Source: an uncultured Chloroflexia bacterium (GTDB lineage: Bacteria > Chloroflexota > Limnocylindria > Limnocylindrales > CSP1-4). Taken from it: DNA of 64,000 bases. The stretch lies in contig CAVYZQ010000004.1 in the NCBI GenBank assembly GCA_963772995.1, positions 15,359 to 79,358 on the forward strand, written 5' to 3'. The first letter of the stretch is position 1, and each line of letters opens with the position of its first letter. The notes under the pieces were generated by a model, which saw nothing but the letters and a program-made list of their open reading frames with translations, was not told where the DNA came from and ran no database searches. A program made the position numbers and the translations under genes. Positions 30,093-40,900 of this stretch are shown here, piece after piece.

Positions 30093-30348
30093 CGCCACCG
30101 AGAGCCGGACGCCTCGCCGATCGCCGGTCTGCGGTTCGTGCCGGTCCGGGTATGAGAGAGCCAGACCCGGGATCCCGTGGCCAACCCTTGCCAGTGCCCC
30201 GCTCTGTTCGCACCTGTCCGTCAGCCCGTCAGAACGCGCGTTTCACACCAGCCACCCAGTGAAGGGCGCTGACGCGCCCCTCAAACCGTCGAGAGAGGAG
30301 AGCTGGGCGGGCTAACCTTTCGGGTCTTCGAAGCTCGAGAGGTGTGCC

Positions 30349-31933
30349 ATGCCCAGCGCTCTGAGCGTACTCCAGGACCACACCGTCCTCCAGTGCCGCT
30401 CGCTCGACCGGCTGTATCTCAACGCCTACGTTCCCGAGCTCCAACGGCCAGCGCTCGTGAAGCGCTTCCTGGAGCGCGAGGTGACGCCGATCGCCTCGCC
30501 GGCACTGTTCCAAGCCCGGTCGGACGCCTTCGTCAAGGACCTCCGGGCCTATGCCCAGGCCCACGGGGCGCCGTGGATCACCTTCGAGCGCGGTGAACGC
30601 AAGGAAGACCGGATGCGGCCGCTGTTCGAGGCCGCCGAGCAGCGCCTCCTGCCCGGCCTCGTCGCGGTCGGCGTCGCCCAGGAGCGGACGACCGGCTGGA
30701 AGGGCACCAAGCAGGCCCTCGACCGGGGCGGCTTCACGTTCGGGTTCTCCCGGGTCAGCGTCTATGTGAACCAGTACTACTGCTATCTCTGGGATGCCGA
30801 GTGGGGCCCGTCGTTCATCAAGCTCAGCGGCTACGCGCCGTGGGGCGGCCGGATCTGGCTCAACGGCCACGAGTGGGCCAAGCGCCAGCTGGCCAAGCGC
30901 GGCGTCGGCTATGTCAGCCTCGACAACGGCTTTCGCTCGGTCGATGACCCGGCCCTCCTCGACGAGCTCACCGGCTCACTCGGCGCCGACGAGATCCGGG
31001 CCTACTTCGCCCGCTGGATGGCCCAGCTCCCGCAACCGCTGACCGCCGAGGACCGGGCCGCCGGCTACGGCTACGCGCTCTCGATGCTCCAGGTCGAGGT
31101 GTCCGACACCCGCGTCTTCGATCGGCCCGATCCGGGCCCGTCAGTGGTTCGAGGCGACGATCACCGAGCAGCTCACCCTCGGCCGACCCGAGAAAGTCAG
31201 CCTGCTCTTCGGGCGTCGCCCCAACCGGCGCAGCACCTGGCGCTTCGAGACCCGCGTCGTCAACGCCTACACGAGCCCGACGATCACCTTCCGCTACAAG
31301 CACTCGACGGTGAAGCAGTACCTCAAAGGAGGGCTCGCGCTGCGGACCGAGACGACCATCAATGATGCCTACGACTTCGACCTCGGCCGACGCATCGACA
31401 ACCTCGCCTCGGTGCGAGCGCGGGGCGAGGCGATCAACGCGGCACTCCTCGAGCACGAAGCGAACGCCGAGACCGCGCGGCTCGAAGGCCCCGAGCTCAC
31501 CGAACTCGTCCGGCCGACCGTCGTCGATGGTCGACGGATCGCCGCCCTCCGGCTCGGCGATCCGCGGGTCATGGCGCTCCTTGCGGCGGTGGTGATGCTG
31601 GCTCACCTCCCCGCGGGCTTCTCAAACGCCCAACTCCGGCGACACGTCGCCGCGCTCCTGAGCATGCCGCTCGGGGAGTACACGAGCGCCCGGATGACCT
31701 ACGACCTCGGCCGCCTCGTCGGTCACGGCCTGATCGAGCGGATCGCCAAGAGCCACCGCTACCGGCTGACGCCAGACGGTCTTCGCCAGTGCGCCTTCTT
31801 GACCAAGCTCGCCGACCGCATCCTCGATCCCGGGCTGGCCCGCTGCGGTCCACCGGTGCCGGCCGGGAGACCTTGGGAGGCGTTCGATCGTTCGATCGGC
31901 GTCCTCCTCACGCGCGCCAATCTCGCCGCCTGA
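30349..31933 (+). CDS. Conserved hypothetical protein (about 525 aa) with a C-terminal winged-helix-like segment; possibly mobile-element associated (about 2 frameshifts)
   Basis: ORF 30349..31365 reads LDRLYLNAYVPELQ...YYCYLWDAEWGPSFIKLSGYAPW...LNGHEWAKRQLAKRGVGYVSLDNGF...LSMLQVEVSDTRVFDRP. ORF 31310..31933 reads RTETTINDAYDFDLGRRIDNL...TYDLGRLVGHGLIERIAKSHRYRLTPDG. I recognise no catalytic motif. Confidence 0.6.
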
Positions 31934-31961
31934 CCTCAAACTTCGCTCATTTGGTCACCTC

Positions 31962-31983
31962 CTAGCCCCGCAAGCAGGGCTAG
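31962..31983. terminator. Short hairpin between converging genes (overlaps the stop of the giant gene)
   Basis: CTAGCCC-CGCAAGCA-GGGCTAG forms a 7-bp stem. It lies in the 46-nt gap between the stops at 31933 (+) and 31980 (-). Confidence 0.3.
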
Positions 31984-34900
31984 CGGTCGTCGCTACGACG
32001 CCCACGTGGACCCGCAGGGATGACGAACAGCAGGCCGAGCGCCAGAAGCGCAAGTACGACGCCGCCGACCATGAGACTCCCACTCGGTCCGAGCGCCCAA
32101 ATCGCCTCAGAGACGGCTTCGGTCGGTGGCGGTTCGACGGGGCAGTTGACGGTGATCGCGATCGGGCCGCCGCCGGGCTGCCGTCGTTGGTGCTGACGAG
32201 GCTGGCGCTGTTGTTGTACGTGGCGCAGCTCGCCGAGGTCGTGGCCGCCGTGACGTGGACCACGAGGCTCTGGCCCGGGGCGAGCGTGATCGGCTGGCCC
32301 GCGAGGCTGAGCACCTGGCTGCCGGGGCCGCCCGTGAGGCTGAAGCTGCCGGGGTTGCCTGTCGTGCCGTCGATGACCCAGGTGACGGGCGTGGCGGCGT
32401 TGCCGCCGGGCAGGCTGTCGGCGAGCTCGACGCCGGTGGCGTTGCCCTGGCCCGTGTTGCTGATCGTGAGCGTGTAGCCGATCGGGTCGCCGGCGCTGGC
32501 GCTGGCGGCGTCGGCGGTCTTGGTGAGCCCTAGGTCGGGGCAGTTGACGACGATGGCGATCGGGCCGACCGCGGGGCTGCCGTCGTTGGTGCTGTCGGCC
32601 GTGGCGCTGTTGCTGACCGTGCCGCAGGTGGCGCCGGTCGTCGGGCTGGTGATGTGGACGTGGACCGAGGCACCCGCCGCGAGGGACGCCGGGCCGAAGC
32701 CGAGCACGCCGCCGGCGATCGTCCAGCCGGGGCTCGAGCCGGCCGCGTCGATGCTCCAGGCGAGGCCGGGCGGCGTCGTCGGCAGGCGTGTCGCTGACGG
32801 TGAGCCCGGTGACCGCGCCGGCGCCGTTGTTGGTGACGGTGACGACGTAGCCGATCGGGCTGCCGGCGCTGACGCTCGGGGCGTCGGCGGTCTTGGTGAT
32901 GGCGAGGTCGCCGCAGTTGACGGTGATCGCGATCGGGCCCGACCGATCGGGCTGCCGTCGTTGGTGCTGACGAGGCTGGCGCTGTTGTTGTACGTGGCGC
33001 AGCTCGCCGAGGTCGTGGCCGCCGTGACGTGGACCACGAGGCTCTGGCCCGGGGCGAGCGTGATCGGCTGGCCGCGAGGCTGAGCACCTGGCTGCCGGGG
33101 CCGCCGGTGAGGCTGAAGCTGCCGGGTTGCCTGTCGTGCCGTCGATGACCCAGGTGACGGGCGTGGCGGCGTTGCCGCCGGGCAGGCTGTCGGCGAGGCT
33201 CGACGCCGGTGGCGTTGCCCTGGCCCGTGTTGCTGATCGTGAGCGTGTAGCCGATCGGGTCGCCGGCGCTGGCGCTGGCGGCGTCGGCGGTCTTGGTGAG
33301 CGCGAGGTCGGGGCAGTTGACGACGATGGCGATCGGGCCGACCGAGGGGCTGCCGTCGTTGGTGCTGTCGGCCGTGGCGCTGTTGCTGACCGTGCCGCAG
33401 GTGGCGCCGGTCGTCGGGCTGGTGATGTGGACGTGGACCGAGGCACCCGCCGCGAGGGACGCCGGGCCGAAGCCGAGCACGCCGCCGGCGATCGTCCAGC
33501 CGGGGCTCGAGCCGGCCGCGTCGATGCTCCAGGCGAGGCCGGGCGGCGTCGTCGGCAGCGTGTCGCTGACGGTGAGCCCGGTGACCGCGCCGGCGCCGTT
33601 GTTGGTGACGGTGACGACGTAGCCGATCGGGCTGCCGGCGCTGACGCTCGGGGCGTCGGCGGTCTTGGTGATGGCGAGGTCGCCGCAGTTGACGGTGATC
33701 GCGATCGGGCCCGCCGGTCGGGCTGCCGTCGTTGGTGCTGACGAGGCTTGCGCTGTTGTTGTACGTGGCGCAGCTCGCCGAGGTCGTGGCCGCCGTGACG
33801 TGGACCACGAGGCTCTGGCCCGGGGCGAGCGTGATCGGCTGGCCCGCGAGGCTGAGCACCTGGCTGCCGGGGCCACCCGTGAGGCTGAAGCTGCCGGGGT
33901 TGCCTGTCGTGCCGTCGATGACCCAGGTGACGGGCGTGGCGGCGTTGCCGCCGGGCAGGCTGTCGGCGAGCTCGACGCCGGTGGCGTTGCCCTGGCCCGT
34001 GTTGCTGATCGTGAGCGTGTAGCCGATCGGGTCGCCGGCGCTGGCGCTGGCGGCGTCGGCGGTCTTTGTGAGCCCTAGGTCGGGGCAGTTGACGACGATG
34101 GCGATCGGGCCGACCGCGGGGCTGCCGTCGTTGGTGCTGTCGGCCGTGGCGCTGTTGCTGACCGTGCCGCAGGTGGCGCCTGTCGTCGGGCTGGTGATGT
34201 GGACGTGGACCGAGGCACCCGCCGCGAGGGACGCCGGGCCGAAGCCGAGCACGCCGCCGGCGATCGTCCAGCCGGGGCTCGAGCCGGCCGCGTCGATGCT
34301 CCAGGCGAGGCCGGGCGGCGTCGTCGGCAGCGTGTCGCTGACGGTGAGCCCGGTGACCGCGCCGGCGCCGTTGTTGGTGACGGTGACGACGTAGCCGATC
34401 GGGCTGCCGGCGCTGACGCTCGGGGCGTCGGCGGTCTTGGTGATGGCGAGGTCGCCGCAGTTGACGGTGATCGCGATCGGGCCCGCGGTCGGGCTGCCGT
34501 CGTTGGTGCTGACGAGGCTTGCGCTGTTGTTGTACGTGGCGCAGCTCGCCGAGGTCGTGGCCGCCGTGACGTGGACCACGAGGCTCTGGCCCGGGGCGAG
34601 CGTGATCGGCTGGCCCGCGAGGCTGAGCACCTGGCTGCCGGGGCGCCGGTGAGGCTGAAGGCGGCCGGGTTGGCCCGTCGGCCGTGTCGATGACCCAGGT
34701 GACGGGCGTGGCGGCGTTGCCGCCGGGCAGGCTGTCGGCGAGGCTGACGCCGGTGGCGTTGCCCTGGCCGGTGTTGCTGATCGTGAGCGTGTAGCCGATC
34801 GTGTCGCCGGCCGAGACCGAGGCGGCGTCGGCGGTCTTGGTGATGGCGAGGTCAGGGCAGTTGACGGCGATCGGCACGTCGGTGACCGAGGGGCTGCCGT

Positions 34901-37900
34901 CGTTGGTGCTGACGAGGTGGCGCTGTTGTTGTACGTGGCGCAGCTCGCCGAGGTCGTGGCCGCCGTGACGTGGACCCGAGGCTCTGGCCCGGGGCGAGCG
35001 TGATCGGCTGGCCCGCGAGGCTGAGCACCTGGCTGCCGGGGCCACCCGTGAGGCTGAAGCTGCCGGGGTTGCCTGTCGTGCCGTCGATGACCCAGGTGAC
35101 GGGCGTGGCGGCGTTGCCGCCGGGCAGGCTGTCGGCGAGCTCGACGCCGGTGGCGTTGCCCTGGCCCGTGTTGCTGATCGTGAGCGTGTAGCCGATCGGG
35201 TCGCCGGCGCTGGCGCTGGCGGCGTCGGCGGTCTTTGTGAGCCCTAGGTCGGGGCAGTTGACGACGATGGCGATCGGGCCGACCGCGGGGCTGCCGTCGT
35301 TGGTGCTGTCGGCCGTGGCGCTGTTGCTGACCGTGCCGCAGGTGGCGCCTGTCGTCGGGCTGGTGATGTGGACGTGGACCGAGGCACCCGCCGCGAGGGA
35401 CGCCGGGCCGAAGCCGAGCACGCCGCCGGCGATCGTCCAGCCGGGGCTCGAGCCGGCCGCGTCGATGCTCCAGGCGAGGCCGGGCGGCGTCGTCGGCAGC
35501 GTGTCGCTGACGGTGAGCCCGGTGACCGCGCCGGCGCCGTTGTTGGTGACGGTGACGACGTAGCCGATCGGGCTGCCGGCGCTGACGCTCGGGGCGTCGG
35601 CGGTCTTGGTGATGGCGAGGTCGCCGCAGTTGACGGTGATCGCGATCGGGCCCGCGGTCGGGCTGCCGTCGTTGGTGCTGACGAGGCTTGCGCTGTTGTT
35701 GTACGTGGCGCAGCTCGCCGAGGTCGTGGCCGCCGTGACGTGGACCACGAGGCTCTGGCCCGGGGCGAGCGTGATCGGCTGGCCCGCGAGGCTGAGCACC
35801 TGGCTGCCGGGGCCGCCCGTGAGGCTGAAGCTGCCGGGGTTGCCTGTCGTGCCGTCGATGACCCAGGTGACGGGCGTGGCGGCGTTGCCGCCGGGCAGGC
35901 TGTCGGCGAGCTCGACGCCGGTGGCGTTGCCCTGGCCCGTGTTGCTGATCGTGAGCGTGTAGCCGATCGGGTCGCCGGCGCTGGCGCTGGCGGCGTCGGC
36001 GGTCTTGGTGAGCCCTAGGTCGGGGCAGTTGACGACGATGGCGATCGGGCCGACCGCGGGGCTGCCGTCGTTGGTGCTGTCGGCCGTGGCGCTGTTGCTG
36101 ACCGTGCCGCAGGTGGCGCCTGTCGTCGGGCTGGTGATGTGGACGTGGACCGAGGCACCCGCCGCGAGGGACGCCGGGCCGAAGCCGAGCACGCCGCCGG
36201 CGATCGTCCAGCCGGGGCTCGAGCCGGCCGCGTCGATGCTCCAGGCGAGGCCGGGCGGCGTCGTCGGCAGCGTGTCGCTGACGGTGAGCCCGGTGACCGC
36301 GCCGGCGCCGTTGTTGGTGACGGTGACGACGTAGCCGATCGGGCTGCCGGCGCTGACGCTCGGGGCGTCGGCGGTCTTGGTGATGGCGAGGTCGCCGCAG
36401 TTGACGGTGATCGCGATCGGGCCCGCGGTCGGGCTGCCGTCGTTGGTGCTGACGAGGCTTGCGCTGTTGTTGTACGTGGCGCAGCTCGCCGAGGTCGTGG
36501 CCGCCGTGACGTGGACCACGAGGCTCTGGCCCGGGGCGAGCGTGATCGGCTGGCCCGCGAGGCTGAGCACCTGGCTGCCGGGGCCGCCCGTGAGGCTGAA
36601 GCTGCCGGGGTTGCCTGTCGTGCCGTCGATGACCCAGGTGACGGGCGTGGCGGCGTTGCCGCCGGGCAGGCTGTCGGCGAGGCTCGACGCCGGTGGCGTT
36701 GCCCTGGCCCGTGTTGCTGATCGTGAGCGTGTAGCCGATCGGGTCGCCGGCGCTGGCGCTGGCGGCGTCGGCGGTCTTGGTGAGCGCCGAGGTCGGGGCA
36801 GTTGACGACGATGGCGATCGGGCCGACCGCGGGGCTGCCGTCGTTGGTGCTGTCGGCCGTGGCGCTGTTGCTGACCGTGCCGCAGGTGGCGCCTGTCGTC
36901 GGGCTGGTGATGTGGACGTGGACCGAGGCACCCGCCGCGAGGGACGCCGGGCCGAAGCCGAGCACGCCGCCGGCGATCGTCCAGCCGGGGCTCGAGCCGG
37001 CCGCGTCGATGCTCCAGGCGAGGCCGGGCGGCGTCGTCGGCAGCGTGTCGCTGACGGTGAGCCCGGTGACCGCGCCGGCGCCGTTGTTGGTGACGGTGAC
37101 GACGTAGCCGATCGGGCTGCCGGCGCTGACGCTCGGGGCGTCGGCGGTCTTGGTGATGGCGAGGTCGCCGCAGTTGACGGTGATCGCGACCGGGCCCGCG
37201 GTCGGGCTGCCGTCGTTGGTGCTGACGAGGCTGGCGCTGTTGTTGTACGTGGCGCAGCTCGCCGAGGTCGTGGCCGCCGTGACGTGGACCACGAGGCTCT
37301 GGCCCGGGGCGAGCGTGATCGGCTGGCCGGCGAGGCTGAGCACCTGGCTGCCGGGGCCGCCGGTGAGGCTGAAGCTGGCCGGGTTGCCTGTCGTGCCGTC
37401 GATGACCCAGGTGACGGGCGTGGCGGCGTTGCCGCCGGGCAGGCTGTCGGCGAGCTCGACGCCGGTGGCGTTGCCCTGGCCCGTGTTGCTGATCGTGAGC
37501 GTGTAGCCGATCGGGTCGCCGGCGCTGGCGCTGGCGGCGTCGGCGGTCTTGGTGAGCGCCTAGGTCGGGGCAGTTGACGACGATGGCGATCGGGCCGACC
37601 GCGGGGCTGCCGTCGTTGGTGCTGTTGGCCGTGGCGCTGTTGCTGACCGTGCCGCAGGTGGCGCCTGTCGTCGGGCTGGTGATGTGGACGTGGACCGAGG
37701 CACCCGCCGCGAGGGACGCCGGGCCGAAGCCGAGCACGCCGCCGGCGATCGTCCAGCCGGGGCTCGAGCCGGCCGCGTCGATGCTCCAGGCGAGGCCGGG
37801 CGGCGTCGTCGGCAGGGTGTCGCTGACGGTGAGCCCGGTGACCGCGCCGGCGCCGTTGTTGGTGACGGTGACGACGTAGCCGATCGGGCTGCCGGCGCTG

Positions 37901-40900
37901 ACGCTCGGGGCGTCGGCGGTCTTGGTGATGGCGAGGTCGCCGCAGTTGACGGTGATCGCGATCGGGCCCGCGGTCGGGCTGCCGTCGTTGGTGCTGACGA
38001 GGCTGGCGCTGTTGTTGTACGTGGCGCAGCTCGTCGAGGTCGTGGCCGCCGTGACGTGGACCACGAGGCTCTGGCCCGGGGCGAGCGTGATCGGCTGGCC
38101 CGCGAGGCTGAGCACCTGGCTGCCGGGGCCGCCGGTGAGGCTGAAGCTGGCCGGGTTGCCGGTCGTGCCGTCGATGACCCAGGTGACGGGCGTGGCGGCG
38201 TTGCCGCCGGGCAGGCTGTCGGCGAGGCTGACGCCGGTGGCGTTGCCCGGGCCGGTGTTGCTGATCGTGAGCGTGTAGCCGATCGGGTCGCCGGCGCTGG
38301 CGCTGGCGGCGTCGGCGGTCTTGGTGAGCGCCGAGGTCGGGGCAGTTGACGACGATGGCGATCGGGCCGACCGAGGGGCTGCCGTCGTTGGTGCTGTCGG
38401 CCGTGGCGCGTGTTGTTGACCGTGCCGCAGCTGGCGCCGTCGTCGGGCTGGTGATGTGGACGTGGACCGAGGCACCCGCCGCGAGGGACGCCGGGCCGAA
38501 GCCGAGCACGCCGCCGGCGATCGTCCAGCCGGGGCTCGAGCCGGCCGCGTCGATGCTCCAGGCGAGGCCGGGCGGCGTCGTCGGCAGGGTGTCGCTGACG
38601 GTGAGCGCCGGTGACCGCGCCGGCGCCGTTGTTGGTGACGGTGATGACGTAGCCGATCGGGCTGCCGGCGCTGACGCTCGGGGCGTCGGCGGTCTTGGTG
38701 ATGGCGAGGTCGCCGCAGTTGACGGTGATCGTCGACCGGGCCCGCCGGTCGGGCTGCCGTCGTTGGTGCTGACGAGGCTGGCGCTGTTGTTGTACGTGGC
38801 GCAGCTCGTCGAGGTCGTGGCCGCCGTGACGTGGACCACGAGGCTCTGGCCCGCGGCGAGCGTGATCGGCTGGCCGGCGAGGCTGAGCACCTGGCTGCCG
38901 GGGCCGCCGGTGAGGCTGAAGCTGGCCGGGTTGCCGTGTCGTGCCGTCGATCACCCAGGTGACGGGCGTGGCGGCGTTGCCGCCGGGCAGGCTGTCGGTG
39001 AGGCTCGACGCCGGTGGCGTTGCCGTCGCCGGTGTTGCTGATCGTGAGCGTGTAGCCGATCGGGTCGCCGGCGCTGGCGCTGGCGGCGTCGGCGGTCTTG
39101 GTGACCGTCAGGGCGGCGCAGCTGCAGACGATCGAGGCGGGCGCGGAGTTGCCGCCGTCGTTGGTGCTGGCGACCGTGGCGGTGTTGTTGTAGGTCGAGC
39201 ACTCGCTGGCCGAGGTCTGGGCGCTGATGTGGACGGTGAGGCGTGGCGCCGGCGGCGAGGATGATCGGCTGGCCCGCCAGCGTCAGCGTCTGGCTGCCCT
39301 TGGCGCCGGCCAGCGTGAAGGCGGCCGGGGTACCGGGGGTGGGGTCCTTGACCCAGGTGACGCCCGTGCCCGAGCCGACCGGGAGCGCATCGGTCAGGGT
39401 GACGCCGGTCGCGCTGCCGGTGCCGCCGTTGTGGACGGTGACTGTGAAGCCGAGCGGGTCGCCCGCGTTGACCGGGCTCGCGTCGGCGGTCTTGGTGACC
39501 GTCAGGGCGGCCGAGCTGCAGACGATCGAGGCGGGCGCGGAGTTGCCGCCGTCGTTGGTGCTGGCGACCGTGGCCGTGTTGTTGTAGGTCGAGCACTCGC
39601 TGGCCGAGGTCTGGGCGCTGATGTGGACGGTGAGCGTGGCGCCGGCGGCGAGGATGATCGGCTGGCCCGCCAGCGTCAGCGTCTGGCTGCCCTTGGCGCC
39701 GGCCAGCGTGAAGGCGGCCGGGGTACCGGGGGTGGGGTCCTTGACCCAGGTGACGCCCGTGCCCGAGCCGACCGGGAGCGCATCGGTCAGGGTGACGCCG
39801 GTCGCGCTGCCGGTGCCGCCGTTGTGGACGGTGACCGTGAAGCCGATGCGGGTCGCCCGCGTTGACCGGGCTCGCGTCGGCGGTCTTGGTGACCGTCAGG
39901 GCGGCGCGAGCTGCAGACGATCGAGGCGGGCGCGGAGTTGCCGCCGTCGTTGGTGCTGGCGACCGTGGCCGTGTTGTTGTAGGTCGAGCACTCGCTGGCC
40001 GAGGTCTGGGCGCTGATGTGGACGGTGAGCGTGGCGCCGGCGGCGAGGGTGATCGGCTGGCCCGCCAGCGTCAGCGTCTGGCTGCCCTTGGCGCCGGCCA
40101 GCGTGAAGGCGGCCGGGTTACCGGGGGCGGGGTCCTTGACCCAGGTGACGCCCGTGCCCGAGCCGACCGGGCAGCGCATCGGTCAGGGTGACGCCGGTCG
40201 CGCTGCCGGTGCCGCCGTTGTGGACGGTGACCGTGAAGCCGATGCGGGTCGCCCGCGTTGACCGGGCTCGCGTCGGCGGTCTTGGTGACCGTCAGGGCGG
40301 CGCACAGGACATACTCGGATGCGCTCGGCCGAGTCATTGCCGGCGTTCGTGGTCGTGACGCTGGCGGTGTTGTCGTAGGTCTTGCAGGAGCGCTGGCGTC
40401 GTGTCTGGCTCACGACGTGGACGGTCGGGCTCGCGCCAGGGGCGAGGGTCGTGGGCGTGTAGACCAGGGTCTGGCTGGGCACGGCGCCGCCGATCGACGC
40501 AGCCGGGCCGACGGCGCGTGGGATCGTCCAGGCTGACGCCCGTGCCCGGCGGGCAGCGCGTCGGTGAACGCGACGCCCGTGGCGGTGCCGGTGCCGGTGT
40601 TGGCGAGTGTCACCGTGAAGCCGATGGGGCTGCCTGCGCTGACGCTCGCCGCGTCGGCCGTCTTGGTGACGTCGATCGCGGCGCGGCTGGATGGAGTTCG
40701 CGTAGGTGCAGGTGACCCCCTCGCCCTCGGCGAGGGCGATCGTCGCGGTCGAGCCGTTGACCGTCCGGCTGCCGCCGTTCTCGGTTCCCGGAAGCACCGA
40801 GCAGCTGAGGGTGTTGAACGTCCAGTTCTGGGGCAACGTGGTCTCGTTGACCGTGTAGGTCTGGAAGTTCGTGATCGTGTTGAACCAGCACGCTCGGGGC

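Noticed and set aside
31980-32060. Sortase (LPXTG) or PEP-CTERM sorting signal at the end of the giant protein
   Set aside because: No LPXTG, LAXTG or PEP motif is present, only VEPPP..ALGPSG before the helix. I kept it as an open question in the findings rather than calling a known sorting class.
34068-38349. Many + strand ORFs of 70-270 aa inside the array (for example 34068..34394, 35368..36018, 36777..37577, 37684..38349)
   Set aside because: They are mirror-frame products of the reverse-strand coding repeats in very GC-rich DNA. Their composition is Arg/Ala/Gly/Asp-rich or Val/Leu/Pro-rich, and they repeat with the same 771-nt period. They have no independent support.
32140-39100. Diversity-generating retroelement target or other programmed hypervariation in the repeat domains
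   Set aside because: There is no reverse transcriptase and no template/variable repeat pair in the window. The few differences between copies (P/Q, S/E, A/G, T/A, junction variants) are not adenine-specific and are not clustered in a ligand-binding tip.
32140-40290. Regularly spaced near-identical repeats that could be mistaken for a CRISPR array
   Set aside because: The units are 771 and about 394 nt long and contiguous, with no unique spacers. They translate into DUF11 protein domains on the reverse strand. No cas genes or leader are present.
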